From a bacterium (GTDB lineage Bacteria > Eisenbacteria > RBG-16-71-46), in assembly GCA_031360075.1 (NCBI GenBank), contig JANMAX010000136.1, positions 1 through 54,916 on the forward strand: DNA of 54,916 bases, in the 5' to 3' direction. The notes beneath the pieces were generated by a model. The model did not search any database, had not been told where the DNA came from, and saw only the letters and a list, made by a program, of their open reading frames with translations. This document shows, in pieces, positions 1 through 10,044 of this stretch (the stretch's first letter is position 1; each line of letters begins with the position of its first letter). Made by a program: the position numbers and the translations under genes.

Positions 1-1195
1 CATCGGCGGGAATCTCGAGCGACTGGAGCAGCTTGCCGTTCTCGGCGCTGACCACGTAGAGCCGGTCCCTGCCCCCGCTGCCGGCCACGAGCGCCAGCCG
101 AGTGCCATCGGGCGACCAGGTGATCGACGTGCGCAACAGCGGGATGGCCTCGAACATCAGGTTCCGCTCGGCCCGCACGGTGCGGCTCAGGACGCGGCCA
201 TCGAACGCCGACATGATGTAGACGTCGTTGTACTGGCGGCGGTCGCTGAAGTACGCGATGCGGTCACCCTGCGGCGACACCGACGGCCAGAAGTTGAGCA
301 CGCTCTCATCGCGGCGATGGTCCGTGAGCCGGCGCGCGAACTTCTCGGGGTGGTCGAGCTTCGCCACCGTCGGCCAGTACTTCTTGCGCAATTGTTCGCG
401 CCATTGCTCGTCGAACCGCCGCGACGACATCCCGTACGTGCGCTGGAACGCGCGCTCGAAACTGTGCATCTGGCGGGTGCGGCGCAGCATGTCGCGGAAG
501 CGGTCTTGACCATAGCGCTCGACCAGGAACTCGATCACGCACTGACCCATCTTGTAGACCAGGTACCCGCCCGAATACTCGAGCGGCGGCAGGTAGCCGG
601 TGAGCGTGCCGTCGCGCACGTACATCTCGGCGTTCGGTTCCATGCCGAGCGAGAAGTACTCGGCCATGCCCTCGGCGAACCACAGCGGGATGCCGAACAG
701 CCCCTGCCCAGACAGCAGCGAGACGCCAGGTGAGTTGTAGAAGATGTCGAACTGGAACGCGTGCACCAGTTCATGCACGAGCACGTGCCGGAAGTCCTCG
801 TAGGAACCCGAGAACGGCACGACGACGCGATCGCGCAACGCCTCGGTGAACCCACCGGTGGAACCGTCGATCAGGTCGCTCGTGACGTTGGTCTGGGCGA
901 ATTCCTGATGCGAGGCGTACAGGATGATGGGGATGCGCTTGCTGAGCGTGTGTCCGAACTTCACCGAGAACGAAGACTGTGTCTTCTCGGCCAGGTCGAG
1001 CGTCCGCATGGCGAGACTGTCGGAACCCGCGTCGAAGAACACCTCGAAGTGGTCAGACTTGATCGTGTGCCACGAGTGGTCGCGGTACTGGACCTTGTTC
1101 TGTCCGAAGTACTGCGCCCGAGCCACGCCTGCCAGGCCCAACAGCCCCGCGAGCAGGAGTCCCACACGCATGGGGCGAGTCCAGCGAGCCATCAT
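1..1195 (-). CDS. Secreted HExxH metallopeptidase-like domain fused to a TolB-like beta-propeller region (partial; C-terminus runs off the left edge)
   Basis: Absent from the ORF track because it is open to the window edge. My reverse-strand translation from ATG-ATG at 1195..1190 gives MMARWTRPMRVGLLLAGLLGLAGVARAQ (signal-peptide-like). It continues with FRHVLVHELVHAFQFDIFY (HELVH encoded at 775..761, in frame with 1195) and then propeller-type repeats (VSPQGDRIAYFSD, ITWSPDGTRLALV). Confidence 0.7.
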   Translation of the reverse strand, partial: MMARWTRPMRVGLLLAGLLGLAGVARAQYFGQNKVQYRDHSWHTIKSDHFEVFFDAGSDSLAMRTLDLAEKTQSSFSVKFGHTLSKRIPIILYASHQEFAQTNVTSDLIDGSTGGFTEALRDRVVVPFSGSYEDFRHVLVHELVHAFQFDIFYNSPGVSLLSGQGLFGIPLWFAEGMAEYFSLGMEPNAEMYVRDGTLTGYLPPLEYSGGYLVYKMGQCVIEFLVERYGQDRFRDMLRRTRQMHSFERAFQRTYGMSSRRFDEQWREQLRKKYWPTVAKLDHPEKFARRLTDHRRDESVLNFWPSVSPQGDRIAYFSDRRQYNDVYIMSAFDGRVLSRTVRAERNLMFEAIPLLRTSITWSPDGTRLALVAGSGGRDRLYVVSAENGKLLQSLEIPAD

Positions 1196-1295
1196 GAAGT
1201 CACACCTTTCTTCCCGGGTTCGCCGCGCCAGTTGCAACCGTGCCATGCTACACCGGCGGCGCCGGGAACGTTCCCGCCACTGCCCGCCGCGCCGC

Positions 1296-4200
1296 TCAGT
1301 ACTCCCAGCGCGCCTTCAGGTTGAGGTTGTAGTCCATGCTCTGTTGACCCGGCCCGGATGGCAGCCCCCGCCGCCGGGACACACCGCTCGTCACATAAAT
1401 GAAGCGGTTGACCCGGTACTCGGCCTCGACGTTCTGCTCGAACAGGTCCGTGGGGTCGAGCCGTGTGTTGGTGACCGCACGGTCCTGCCCGGGGAGGCGT
1501 TGCCGGTAACGTACCGCGAATTTGTCTGTGACCTGGGCCCCGACCCCGGCGACGAGGCTGCCTTCGCCGGACAGTACGCCGCCCCGGTCCCGCTGCAGCT
1601 CCCACTCGCTGATCGCCCCACGGAAGAAGTCCGAGAGGCCCGAGGACAACTGCGCGTTCAGCTGCCGCGTGAAGTAGTTGTCGAGCGGGTTCGCGACCGA
1701 TTGGCGGGTGAGGCCGTTCGCGCCCGGTTCGATGACGTTCCCCACGGTGAGCGCGGCAAGGATATCCTGCTGGTTCGTGCCCGGATTCGTACTCGACAGC
1801 GTCACCACGGGCTGACTCGATCGCCCGGTGATCTGCGCGGTGATGGTCTCGTTCGTCCCGCCCGCCGCAGCCGTGAGCCGGGTCTCCGCGGCGATGTCCA
1901 GCAACGGATCGACCCCTCGCTGGTTGTCGAACGTCACATCGGCGTTCAGGATCTTGAAGCGCCGGCTCAGGAACCAGTACGTCCCGCGCAGCGCGTGCAT
2001 CTCGCCATAGATGAGCAGGGAATCCGGCGTCTGCTGCAGGTCCAGGTCGGCGTCGAACTCGAGGTCGGCGTCACCCGTGCGCCAGCGCAGGTTGCTGGTG
2101 GCGTCGGCCTTGATGCGATACGTCCAGTACAGCGGCTGTGTGGTGGAGGCACGCTTCTGGACCTCGGACTGGTTCGCGAAGTCGAACTCGATCACGCCCT
2201 TCTTGAGCCGCGCCCGCCCGGTGACCTGCGGCAAGCGCTCGCCCGCCACGCGCGGGCCATCGCTGACGACGAAGTCCCCGTCGAACAGCACCGCGTACAA
2301 ACCCTCATCGGCGGCCGCGAAGTCGCGCATGGTGAGGCCGAACCGGTAGTTGCGAAGGTGCGTGCCGTCCAGGTTCACGACACCGTGGCTCGACAGCCGT
2401 CCGGTGCGACCCTGCCGCGCCCACAGCGTGTCGAGTGTGAGCTGGGACTGGTCGAAGTGCAGGTCGGCTCCGAGGCCGTCGATGATCTCACTGCGGTTGA
2501 TCGGACGCACCACACCATCCCGGATGCGCCCGCGGCCGGAGAGCAGCGGGACTTTCGTGGTCCCCGAGATCTGCGCGTTCATCTGAAAACTGCCCCGCGC
2601 CGACTGCAGCTGCGGCACCAGCAACGGCAGGACTTGCAGGTCGCCCGCAGGGATCTCGACCTTGCCGCGGATGGCCTCATCGGGGACGCTCGGCAGCTCG
2701 CCGAGCGCCAAGCGGAGCGGCACACTCAGCTGGGCGGTGGATTCGACATTCTGCATGCGTGCGCGCAGGTCGCGCGCCTCGACCCGGCCGTCGGCATAGC
2801 GCGCCTTCAGCGTCACGCGCTCGGTGCGGATGTCGTGCCAGCCGAACTTGTCGGCTTGGGCATCGACATCGATCACCGGAGCCGCCGGGCGGCCCGAAAG
2901 CGCTAGCCTGCCGCTGACCCCGCCATCCCAACCCGCCAGCGACGGCACCAAGCTCGAGAGTGGGGCGATCGGCAGCGCGCTGGCGGTCGCCTCTCCGTGC
3001 CAGCTCTCCGCGTCCTTGAGCCAGCGCAGCAACGCCGTGGGTGACAACGAATCGGGGAATGCCGCAGGCGCACGCTCGATCACGGCGGAGGCGCGCAACG
3101 AGCCGCCACCCAGCTGGAACACACCATCCTCCAGTTCAAGCCGGTGCGGCCCACCGGCCACCACGAACCACAGCGAGTCGGCGGCGTGCCCATCGAACGT
3201 CGGATCCGCAGCGCGTCCCTCGAAGCGCCAGCGCGGATCGCCGGAGCGTCCCTGCACCGTGAGCTTCAGGTTGGCGCGACCCGCGAGCCCCCAGTCCTCG
3301 GGGAATCCCACGCGGGTCAGGTCCAAGTGCTGCCCGGTGAACTCGAACGCGTAGGGTCCGCCCGGCGCCGCCCAGCGGCCGCGCGCTTCGACATGCGCAC
3401 CACGGTCGTTCGCGATGACGCGCTCGAGCACGGTGCCCTGCGCATCGCCGCTCAGCCGGACCGGGGGCTCGGCGACGAAGTGGAACTGCCGGCTCGCCAG
3501 CTCGGCGCTCGGCAGCGTCATCCACCACGTCTTGCCATCCCACGCCGCCTGCCCGGTCATGGTGAGCGTGGTGTCCCCGGCTTGCGCGATGAGCGGTGAG
3601 AAGCGCACGACCTGGTCACCGAGCACGATCGGGGCAGCCGCGCTGTCGAGGTGGATGCCGGTGAAGAAGCCGTTCGTGGCGCTGGCCCGTGCCGTCAGAT
3701 CGGGCTTCGGCAGAAGCCGGCCGCGGACATCTTCGAGCTTCCAGCGTGCGAACTTGGCCGACGACCAGGTCGTGCCGCGACCGGACAGATCGCCGGTCAC
3801 GTGCAGTTCCCCCGCGCGCGCATCGACCATGCCATCGGCAGACTCGAGCATGCCGGAGAGCCCGGTCGCGCGGCCGTCCGGCCATTCCTCGAGCGGCAGG
3901 CTGCGGATCGAGTACGGTCCCTTCCAGCCGTCACGGCCGGTGCGGCCACTCAGCGTGAACGTGCCCCCGCGCCGCGCCCCTACAACGCGGAACGAATCGG
4001 GCGCGGAAGGCGGGAAATCGACCCGCACCAGCGCGTGATCGGCGCGCCAGCCCTGCCATTCCGAAGCCAGGAGCTTCGCCTCCAGCTGGGCCAGCGGCTC
4101 GCCACGCGTGTCGATCCGGTAGCGGAACCAGCCAATCAGGTCGCCGCGCGGCCAGCCATCGAGGTGCAACAGATGCCAGTTCGACGGATCGGCATGCTGG

Positions 4201-5342
4201 GCGTCCCCGACGATCTCCCAGCCGGCCCTGGACCAGCGCAGCATGCCCGTGACATTGCCGGCGGCCGATTGCGCGCGCAGGGAGTCCATGGCCAACTGGG
4301 TGCCGTTCCAGCGCGCCACTCCTGTGCCCTCAGCGGCGAGTCCGTCCCAATCGAGCGTGGTCCGGAAGCGGCCGAGCCAATCGTGGCTGCCGGACGCGTC
4401 GAGCACGAACGCCCCTTCGCCCGGCACATCGAACGACTGGTTGTCGAACACCTTGGCGAGCCAGCGCCAGCGCACGCGCCCGACCGTGATGTGCACGCGC
4501 CGCAGGGGGTCCCCGCGCTGGTAACCACCCTCGGCCCGCAGATCCAGGTCGCCCGTGCGCAGTTCGGAGATCCGCGTACTGAGCCCGCTCGCGTCCGCGC
4601 TGAGATCGGCGGTCAGCTTCTCGAGCTTGCTGTCCCACGGACCGTTGGCCCAAGTCAGCCTTTGCAGATGAACACGGGTGGAAGCGCCGGTGTTCGCGAC
4701 GGCATCCAACTGCACGCCCGTCACGTCACCGTACGGCTTCGGGGTCGTGACATGGGCATCGCGGATGCTCAGCCGCACCTGCAGCGTACGCGGGCTCGAC
4801 CGCTTCTTGCTCGGGTCACTGCGCCACACCGGCAAGCGCCAGCCACCGTTGGCACCCATGAGGCGCACGTCGGGCCGCTCGAGCACGACATCGACGCTGC
4901 CCTCGCCCCCGGTGAGCAGGCTCCACAAGGAATAATTGACCCGCATCTCGTGAGCGGCGAGCAGCGTGGCGCCGTCTCGGAAGCGGACACGCGGTTCGAC
5001 AGCCCGGAAGCCGGTGAACGGATTGCCACGGATGTCCCGCATGTCGAGCACCAAGTCACTGTGCTCACGCAGCGTGCGGTTCAGCAGCAGCGACAGTTCG
5101 CGCGCCACGAGTTCGGTGCGATTGGTCAGGTACAGCACCACGCTCACCACGCCGAGCACCACGATGCCGATCAGGACCAGCGCCCCCAGGCGCACGAGCT
5201 TGCCGACCGTCCAACGCACCGGCTGCGGGACGTGCTCGACGGCTTCCTCGATCTCCTCGCGGATGGTCTCGACCACGCCGTGCGGCTCGTGGCCGGCTTC
5301 GGGGGGCGAACCAGGAGTCGGGCGCTTTTCGTCGTCGCTCAT
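1296..5342 (-). CDS. tamB: TamB-like translocation and assembly module protein (AsmA-like, DUF490 C-terminus), 1348 aa
   Basis: Single N-terminal TM anchor (LVRLGALVLIGIVVLGVVSVVLYL), then a very long beta-rich periplasmic body. The C-terminus is DUF490-like (...FIYVTSGVS...LNLKARWEY). The ATG at 5342 lies 2 nt after the stop of the upstream Omp85 gene. Confidence 0.85.
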   Translation of the reverse strand: MSDDEKRPTPGSPPEAGHEPHGVVETIREEIEEAVEHVPQPVRWTVGKLVRLGALVLIGIVVLGVVSVVLYLTNRTELVARELSLLLNRTLREHSDLVLDMRDIRGNPFTGFRAVEPRVRFRDGATLLAAHEMRVNYSLWSLLTGGEGSVDVVLERPDVRLMGANGGWRLPVWRSDPSKKRSSPRTLQVRLSIRDAHVTTPKPYGDVTGVQLDAVANTGASTRVHLQRLTWANGPWDSKLEKLTADLSADASGLSTRISELRTGDLDLRAEGGYQRGDPLRRVHITVGRVRWRWLAKVFDNQSFDVPGEGAFVLDASGSHDWLGRFRTTLDWDGLAAEGTGVARWNGTQLAMDSLRAQSAAGNVTGMLRWSRAGWEIVGDAQHADPSNWHLLHLDGWPRGDLIGWFRYRIDTRGEPLAQLEAKLLASEWQGWRADHALVRVDFPPSAPDSFRVVGARRGGTFTLSGRTGRDGWKGPYSIRSLPLEEWPDGRATGLSGMLESADGMVDARAGELHVTGDLSGRGTTWSSAKFARWKLEDVRGRLLPKPDLTARASATNGFFTGIHLDSAAAPIVLGDQVVRFSPLIAQAGDTTLTMTGQAAWDGKTWWMTLPSAELASRQFHFVAEPPVRLSGDAQGTVLERVIANDRGAHVEARGRWAAPGGPYAFEFTGQHLDLTRVGFPEDWGLAGRANLKLTVQGRSGDPRWRFEGRAADPTFDGHAADSLWFVVAGGPHRLELEDGVFQLGGGSLRASAVIERAPAAFPDSLSPTALLRWLKDAESWHGEATASALPIAPLSSLVPSLAGWDGGVSGRLALSGRPAAPVIDVDAQADKFGWHDIRTERVTLKARYADGRVEARDLRARMQNVESTAQLSVPLRLALGELPSVPDEAIRGKVEIPAGDLQVLPLLVPQLQSARGSFQMNAQISGTTKVPLLSGRGRIRDGVVRPINRSEIIDGLGADLHFDQSQLTLDTLWARQGRTGRLSSHGVVNLDGTHLRNYRFGLTMRDFAAADEGLYAVLFDGDFVVSDGPRVAGERLPQVTGRARLKKGVIEFDFANQSEVQKRASTTQPLYWTYRIKADATSNLRWRTGDADLEFDADLDLQQTPDSLLIYGEMHALRGTYWFLSRRFKILNADVTFDNQRGVDPLLDIAAETRLTAAAGGTNETITAQITGRSSQPVVTLSSTNPGTNQQDILAALTVGNVIEPGANGLTRQSVANPLDNYFTRQLNAQLSSGLSDFFRGAISEWELQRDRGGVLSGEGSLVAGVGAQVTDKFAVRYRQRLPGQDRAVTNTRLDPTDLFEQNVEAEYRVNRFIYVTSGVSRRRGLPSGPGQQSMDYNLNLKARWEY

Positions 5343-5344
5343 GA

Positions 5345-7480
5345 TCAGAAACTCGGGCCGATGGCGAATTGGTAAGCGAAGGGCTGGTGCCGGCCGGCGA
5401 CCTTGGACCCCTTGAAATCAGGGTTCTGACTCCACGCGAGGTCGAAGCGCAACGGTCCGAACGGCAGCAGGAGGCGAGCCCCCACGCCGTAAGTGTAGCG
5501 CAGGTCCCCGGGCTGGCCGCGCCGGGCATCCCACGGTGCCACGAAGTTCGCGAGTTGCAGGTACTCCGGCCGCGCCCAGACGTTGCCCGCGTCCACGAAG
5601 ACCTCCGCGCCGAATGGTCCGAGCAATGGGATGCGCACCTCGGCATTCGCCAGCAGCATGGCGAGCCCGCCGTCCTGCGGGATGGCATTCTCCGCGTAGC
5701 CGCGCAATGAGTTGATGCCGCCGATGAAGAACCGGCGCTCTCTCGGAACGCGCGCCACCAACGGGTCCACTCCGCTGGTCCCGAAGTCGCCGGTGTCGTC
5801 GCCGATCGGGCCCATGATGCCGGCTGAGGTCCGCACCGCGAGTTGCCAGCCATTGGTGCGCGGCGAGTACCACGACGACACGAACTGGAGCTTCTGGTAG
5901 CTGCTCGCGCCGCGCAGCGGACCACCCGCGACTTCCGCCACGATCGTCTGCAACGAGCCTCGCGTTGGAGCGATACGGTCATCGCGACTGTCGCGGAACA
6001 ACGACAGCGCAACGCCATTCTCCCAGTACCGGGGCAACACCCTGCCGAGCTCGCGGCGGGTCGAGTCCTGGACGGAGTCCGGCACGCCGGGGACGGACAG
6101 GAAGACGTCGTAGCTCTGATGCACCAGCGCCGTGTGCCCGCTCAAGCTGCCCCGGAACAGTCGCGAGAACTCGCGCAGCATGCCGACTTCGACACCTCTG
6201 GCGTCACGGCGCTGCAGGAATCGGATGTCGCGGTCGTCGACGAGCCGCTCATAGAACAGCGAGGCCTGCCCCTGCAGTCGCAGCCCGAGCAGCCACGGCT
6301 CCACCAGATTGGCGCTCCCGCGGCCGTTGCGCAGCCGCAGCACACGATCCTCGCTGTGCGAGTCGCGGCGCTGCCGGTCGACGGCGACATCACCATTGAG
6401 CGACCCGAGCAGCGCCCTGTGGTCGAGGTTGCGGTGCCCCCATGAGCCCGAGAACCGGAACAGGTCGGCCGAACTGCTGCCGATGCCGACGTCGACCCAG
6501 CGCGACCGGCGCTCCGCCACCCGCAGCATCAGGTCGAGCACGCCGGCCGTGGTATCGACGATCGTCGACACCTGCACCTGGCTGTAGAGCCCGGTGTCAT
6601 AGAGTCGCTGCACACTTCCGTCGAGCCGGCTGCGACGGTAGAAGTCGCCGGGCTTGAGCAGGAGCTCCCGCCGGGCGAGCGATTCATCGAGCGAGCCGGG
6701 ACTGCGGTAGTCGATCCGGCCGATGGTGTAGCGCAGCCCTTCGACAACTTTATAGCGCACGTCGACCGTGAGCGAGTCGGGCGTCCCACGTTTGGCACTC
6801 GCCAGCGTGTGCGGCCGGTAGCCGCGTTCCTGGTAGAGCGCCGACAGGTGCAGCGTGTCGAGCGGCAGGAACGCCGGATCGAACGGCCGGCGCGGCTGCG
6901 ACAGGAGCGTTCGACGCAGTTCACGATCGTGGAACGCCTGCACGCCCTCGAGCGCCACCGCACCCACGCGCGAACGCGGACCCTCCTCGACCACGAACAC
7001 GACACGCGCCGCAGCGGGATCGCTGGTCGACTCCAGCACCCAGTCGGCACGCGCATCGAGGTAGCCATAGTGCCGGTAGAGCGCCGTGATCGACGCCGTG
7101 TCGGCGCGCAGGAAGTCGAGCCGCAGCGACGGCCGGTCGCGCCACGGCAAGTGCGAAGGGCGCCGGGTCTTGAGGTTGGCCGCCTTCATCTTGCCAGCGC
7201 CGACATGTTTGTTGCCGCGGAACTTCACCCCGGCGATGACCCGCAACTGGTCCGGCAGTTCGCCCGCGCCCTGCGCGTGCGTGACCGGCGGCGCCAGCCA
7301 CAGCAGCGGCGCCGATAGCGCCAGGGCGATAGCCAGGACGCGGGACAGGGCGGCGCGAGGCGAGTCCGGCAGGACATGCGCGGCCCCCCCGGCCGAGCCG
7401 GCGCATGCACGTCCCGGACCCCGCCTAGCGGTGCGTGGGATCAACCGTGGTCGTCTCCCGGGGAGCCTTGTCGACAGCAC
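5345..7480 (-). CDS. Omp85-family outer-membrane protein with three POTRA-like repeats (TamA/BamA-like)
   Basis: Three POTRA-type repeats are readable (LRVIAGVKFRGNKHV..., SRVGAVALEGVQAF..., YTIGRIDYRSPGSL...). They are followed by a beta-barrel ending in an aromatic C-terminal signal (...YQFAIGPSF). The start is uncertain: GTG 7480 overlaps rseP by 56 nt, in-frame TTG 7444 overlaps by 20 nt, and the hydrophobic signal core starts near LSRVLAIALALSAPLL. Confidence 0.85.
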   Translation of the reverse strand: MLSTRLPGRRPRLIPRTARRGPGRACAGSAGGAAHVLPDSPRAALSRVLAIALALSAPLLWLAPPVTHAQGAGELPDQLRVIAGVKFRGNKHVGAGKMKAANLKTRRPSHLPWRDRPSLRLDFLRADTASITALYRHYGYLDARADWVLESTSDPAAARVVFVVEEGPRSRVGAVALEGVQAFHDRELRRTLLSQPRRPFDPAFLPLDTLHLSALYQERGYRPHTLASAKRGTPDSLTVDVRYKVVEGLRYTIGRIDYRSPGSLDESLARRELLLKPGDFYRRSRLDGSVQRLYDTGLYSQVQVSTIVDTTAGVLDLMLRVAERRSRWVDVGIGSSSADLFRFSGSWGHRNLDHRALLGSLNGDVAVDRQRRDSHSEDRVLRLRNGRGSANLVEPWLLGLRLQGQASLFYERLVDDRDIRFLQRRDARGVEVGMLREFSRLFRGSLSGHTALVHQSYDVFLSVPGVPDSVQDSTRRELGRVLPRYWENGVALSLFRDSRDDRIAPTRGSLQTIVAEVAGGPLRGASSYQKLQFVSSWYSPRTNGWQLAVRTSAGIMGPIGDDTGDFGTSGVDPLVARVPRERRFFIGGINSLRGYAENAIPQDGGLAMLLANAEVRIPLLGPFGAEVFVDAGNVWARPEYLQLANFVAPWDARRGQPGDLRYTYGVGARLLLPFGPLRFDLAWSQNPDFKGSKVAGRHQPFAYQFAIGPSF

Positions 7481-8822
7481 GCAGACGCTCGATCGGCCGC
7501 AGGATGTCCTGCGAGAAGATGAAGATGAACAAAGAGCCCACGAGCACGAGGCCGACCTTCTGGAAATTGATGTAACTGCGGCCCGACATGGCCCGGCGGC
7601 GGACGGCCTCGATCAGCGCCAGCGTGATGTGACCGCCGTCCAACAGCGGCACCGGCAGCAGATTGAACGACATGATGGCGAGATTGATCATGGCGAGCAG
7701 GTACAGGAAGCTGTCGAGGCCCTGCTTCGCGGAATCCCGCGCCATCTGGCCGATCAGGATGGGTCCGCCGACCGCTTGCCGGTAGTAGACCGGACGGGAC
7801 AGCGTCATCCACAGGTTCTTGTACACCATGCTCACGAGCGCGCCCGTGCCCGTGAACGCCGCAGGCACCGCTTCGCCGAACGTGCGCTTGTCGATCCAGG
7901 TCAACCCGCGCTCGGCGCCGATGCCGACGTAGCCGTTCTTGCTGTCGGGATGCTCGGGGTCCGCGCGCATCGGTGTCAGGTCGAGTTCGTAGGGCTTGCC
8001 CTTGCGCTCGAGCCGGAAACGGACCGGCTGATCGGCCTTGCCCTTCAGGTTCTCGACGATGTCCTCGAACCAACGCACCGGCTTGCCGTCGACGGCCACG
8101 ACGCGATCTCCCTCGAGCACGCCGGCGCGATACGCGGGCATGCCGGGGGCGACACTGCCGACCGTGGCCGGGATCGGCGGCGGGTTCAGGGCACTGAACC
8201 AACTGCGCACCTGCCCCGCGGGAATCGTCACCGACAGCGGCTGTCCGTCCCGCTCGAGCTCGAGCACCGCGGGCTGCTTGTCGCCGAGCGCATCCGCCGC
8301 CTGCAACAATTCGTGCCAGCGCGACAGCGGCTTGCCATCGAGGCTCTTGAACAGGTCGCCCTCACGCACGCCGGCGACGTAGGGTGCCGATGTCGGCCGG
8401 AGTGATCCGAACATGTTGACGTAGTCGACTTGCTTCATGCCGGTCACGAACATCACGAGCACGACGAACCAGGCGACCACGAGGTTCGCAGCCGGGCCGG
8501 CGATGGCGATGATCACCCGCCCGTACCAAGGGTGCGTGAGGAACTGCTCCGGGCCGCCCGCGGGCATCGAACCGTCTTCGCTCAGGGAGTCGCCCGCCAT
8601 CTGGACGAAGCCGCCGAGCGGGATCCACGACAGGCAGTAGCGCGTGCCTCCGTGGCTGAACCCGACCATCTCGGGCCCCATGCCAAGCGAGAACTTGAGC
8701 ACGGTCACACCGCGCCATTTGGCGGCAAGGAAGTGCCCCAGCTCATGGAAGAAGATGACGATCCCGAGCAACGGCAATACCGGCCAGAAGCTCAGGAAAT
8801 TATTGAGGAAGCTGGAACCCAC
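7425..8822 (-). CDS. rseP: RIP metalloprotease RseP (site-2 protease with PDZ domains)
   Basis: HELGHFLAAK zinc motif in TM1, a central PDZ-like region, and the C-terminal NLLPVPLLDGGH motif. GTG start at 8822 is preceded by GGAGGA. Confidence 0.9.
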   Translation of the reverse strand: MGSSFLNNFLSFWPVLPLLGIVIFFHELGHFLAAKWRGVTVLKFSLGMGPEMVGFSHGGTRYCLSWIPLGGFVQMAGDSLSEDGSMPAGGPEQFLTHPWYGRVIIAIAGPAANLVVAWFVVLVMFVTGMKQVDYVNMFGSLRPTSAPYVAGVREGDLFKSLDGKPLSRWHELLQAADALGDKQPAVLELERDGQPLSVTIPAGQVRSWFSALNPPPIPATVGSVAPGMPAYRAGVLEGDRVVAVDGKPVRWFEDIVENLKGKADQPVRFRLERKGKPYELDLTPMRADPEHPDSKNGYVGIGAERGLTWIDKRTFGEAVPAAFTGTGALVSMVYKNLWMTLSRPVYYRQAVGGPILIGQMARDSAKQGLDSFLYLLAMINLAIMSFNLLPVPLLDGGHITLALIEAVRRRAMSGRSYINFQKVGLVLVGSLFIFIFSQDILRPIERLRAVDKAPRETTTVDPTHR

Positions 8823-8853
8823 GGCTCCTCCTTGGGCGACGGGAATACATCCG

Positions 8854-8883
8854 AAGCTACTCTCGTGACTTCTGGAGCGTCAA
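8854..8883 (-). promoter_or_regulatory. Candidate sigma70-type promoter upstream of rseP (TTGACG-N18-TAGCTT)
   Basis: Minus-strand reading is AGTGCTTGACGCTC cagaagtcacgagag TAGCTT. The -35 is at 8883..8878 and the -10 at 8859..8854. It lies in the 115-nt gap between the GT4 stop and the rseP start, and it shares a 14-mer with the tRNA-Met promoter candidate. Confidence 0.4.
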
Positions 8884-8937
8884 GCACTTGCCCCGTTTCA
8901 TCGGCCCGCCCGACGGACCGCAATCGCCCAGACGAGG

Positions 8938-10044
8938 TCAAGTCGGACGGCCGCGCTCGCGAAGGACCTCGCGATAGGCGGCGAGCGTGCGTTCCGCCGT
9001 GTTCCCGATGCTGAATGCCTCGACGGCGACGCGGCCGTTCGCCACCCAGGACGCCCGCAGATCGGGGCGCGCCAGTGCCTCGATGAGCGCGCCCGCGAGC
9101 AGCCCCGGCTCCAACCCACCCACGAGCCGTCCCGTGACGCCATCCGACACCACCTCGGGCACGCCACCGACGGCCGTGGCCACGATCGGCACCTCGAGCA
9201 CCTGCGCATCCAGCAGCGAGGTGCACAGCCCCTCGAGATAGCTGGACAGCGCGAAGACGTCGAACTGCCGCATGAGCGCCAGGGCTTCCGCGTGGAACCC
9301 GGGCATGTGGACGCGGCCCTCGAGTCCGAGTTCCGCCCGGCGGCGCTCGAGCGCAGTACGGCATTCGCCATCGCCGAGCCACACGAAATGCGCGCGCGGC
9401 CGTGCCGAGATCACCGCGGCGGCCGCCTCGAGCAACAGCACGTGGTTCTTGTGTGGCGCCAGCGACGCCACCGTACCGATCACCTCGGCGTCCGCCGGGA
9501 TCCCGACCAGCGCTCGCAGGTCCGGCGCGACGTGCGCACCGGCGGCGAGCACTTGCGTCACATCGATACCGCTGGGCACCAGCCGCATGCGGTCCGCAAG
9601 CACACCCGAAGCGAGCATGGCCGCGCGCACGCCTTCGCTGATGCACAGGTAGCGGTCCACCGGCAGTGCGTACTTGAGCGCGCTGAACGGATTGCCACGC
9701 ACCTTGAAGTCGACACGCCTCGAGACGAACACGGCGGGCACGCCCGCCCAGTGCGCCGCTGGCACGCCGAGGGCGTGCGCATGCGCGCTGTGGCAATGCG
9801 CGACCTGGGCGCCGTAGCGCGCGAGGGCCGCGCGGGCCGCCAGCGTGGCGAACGGCGAGATCTCGCCGCGGGCCTGCCAGCGCTTGGCGGTGAATCCCGC
9901 GGCGGCTGCTCTCTGGAGTAAGGGTCCGTCTGGCGCGAGCAGCAACTGGTCGTGGCCGCGCGCGCGCAGTTCGCGCATGAGCAGCAGCGCCTGTGCCTGA
10001 CCGCCACGCCAGGTCCGGCCGGTGTCGAGATGGGCGATCCTCAC
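8938..10044 (-). CDS. Glycosyltransferase family 4 (GT-B fold)
   Basis: N-terminus MRIAHLDTGRTWRGGQAQ... and a C-terminal GT1/GT4-type core (SSYLEGLCTSLLDAQVLEVPIVATAVGGVPEVV). GTG start at 10044 overlaps the upstream stop (GTGA). Confidence 0.8.
   Translation of the reverse strand: MRIAHLDTGRTWRGGQAQALLLMRELRARGHDQLLLAPDGPLLQRAAAAGFTAKRWQARGEISPFATLAARAALARYGAQVAHCHSAHAHALGVPAAHWAGVPAVFVSRRVDFKVRGNPFSALKYALPVDRYLCISEGVRAAMLASGVLADRMRLVPSGIDVTQVLAAGAHVAPDLRALVGIPADAEVIGTVASLAPHKNHVLLLEAAAAVISARPRAHFVWLGDGECRTALERRRAELGLEGRVHMPGFHAEALALMRQFDVFALSSYLEGLCTSLLDAQVLEVPIVATAVGGVPEVVSDGVTGRLVGGLEPGLLAGALIEALARPDLRASWVANGRVAVEAFSIGNTAERTLAAYREVLRERGRPT

Noticed and set aside
1255-1295. A GC-rich palindrome after the tamB stop (GGGAACGTTCCC at 1264..1275, flanked by GCGGCGC/GCGCCGC arms) as an intrinsic terminator.
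   Set aside because: The structure is real in the sequence, but no U-tract follows it. The next gene starts about 60 nt further on, so I cannot tell a terminator from an incidental GC-rich palindrome.
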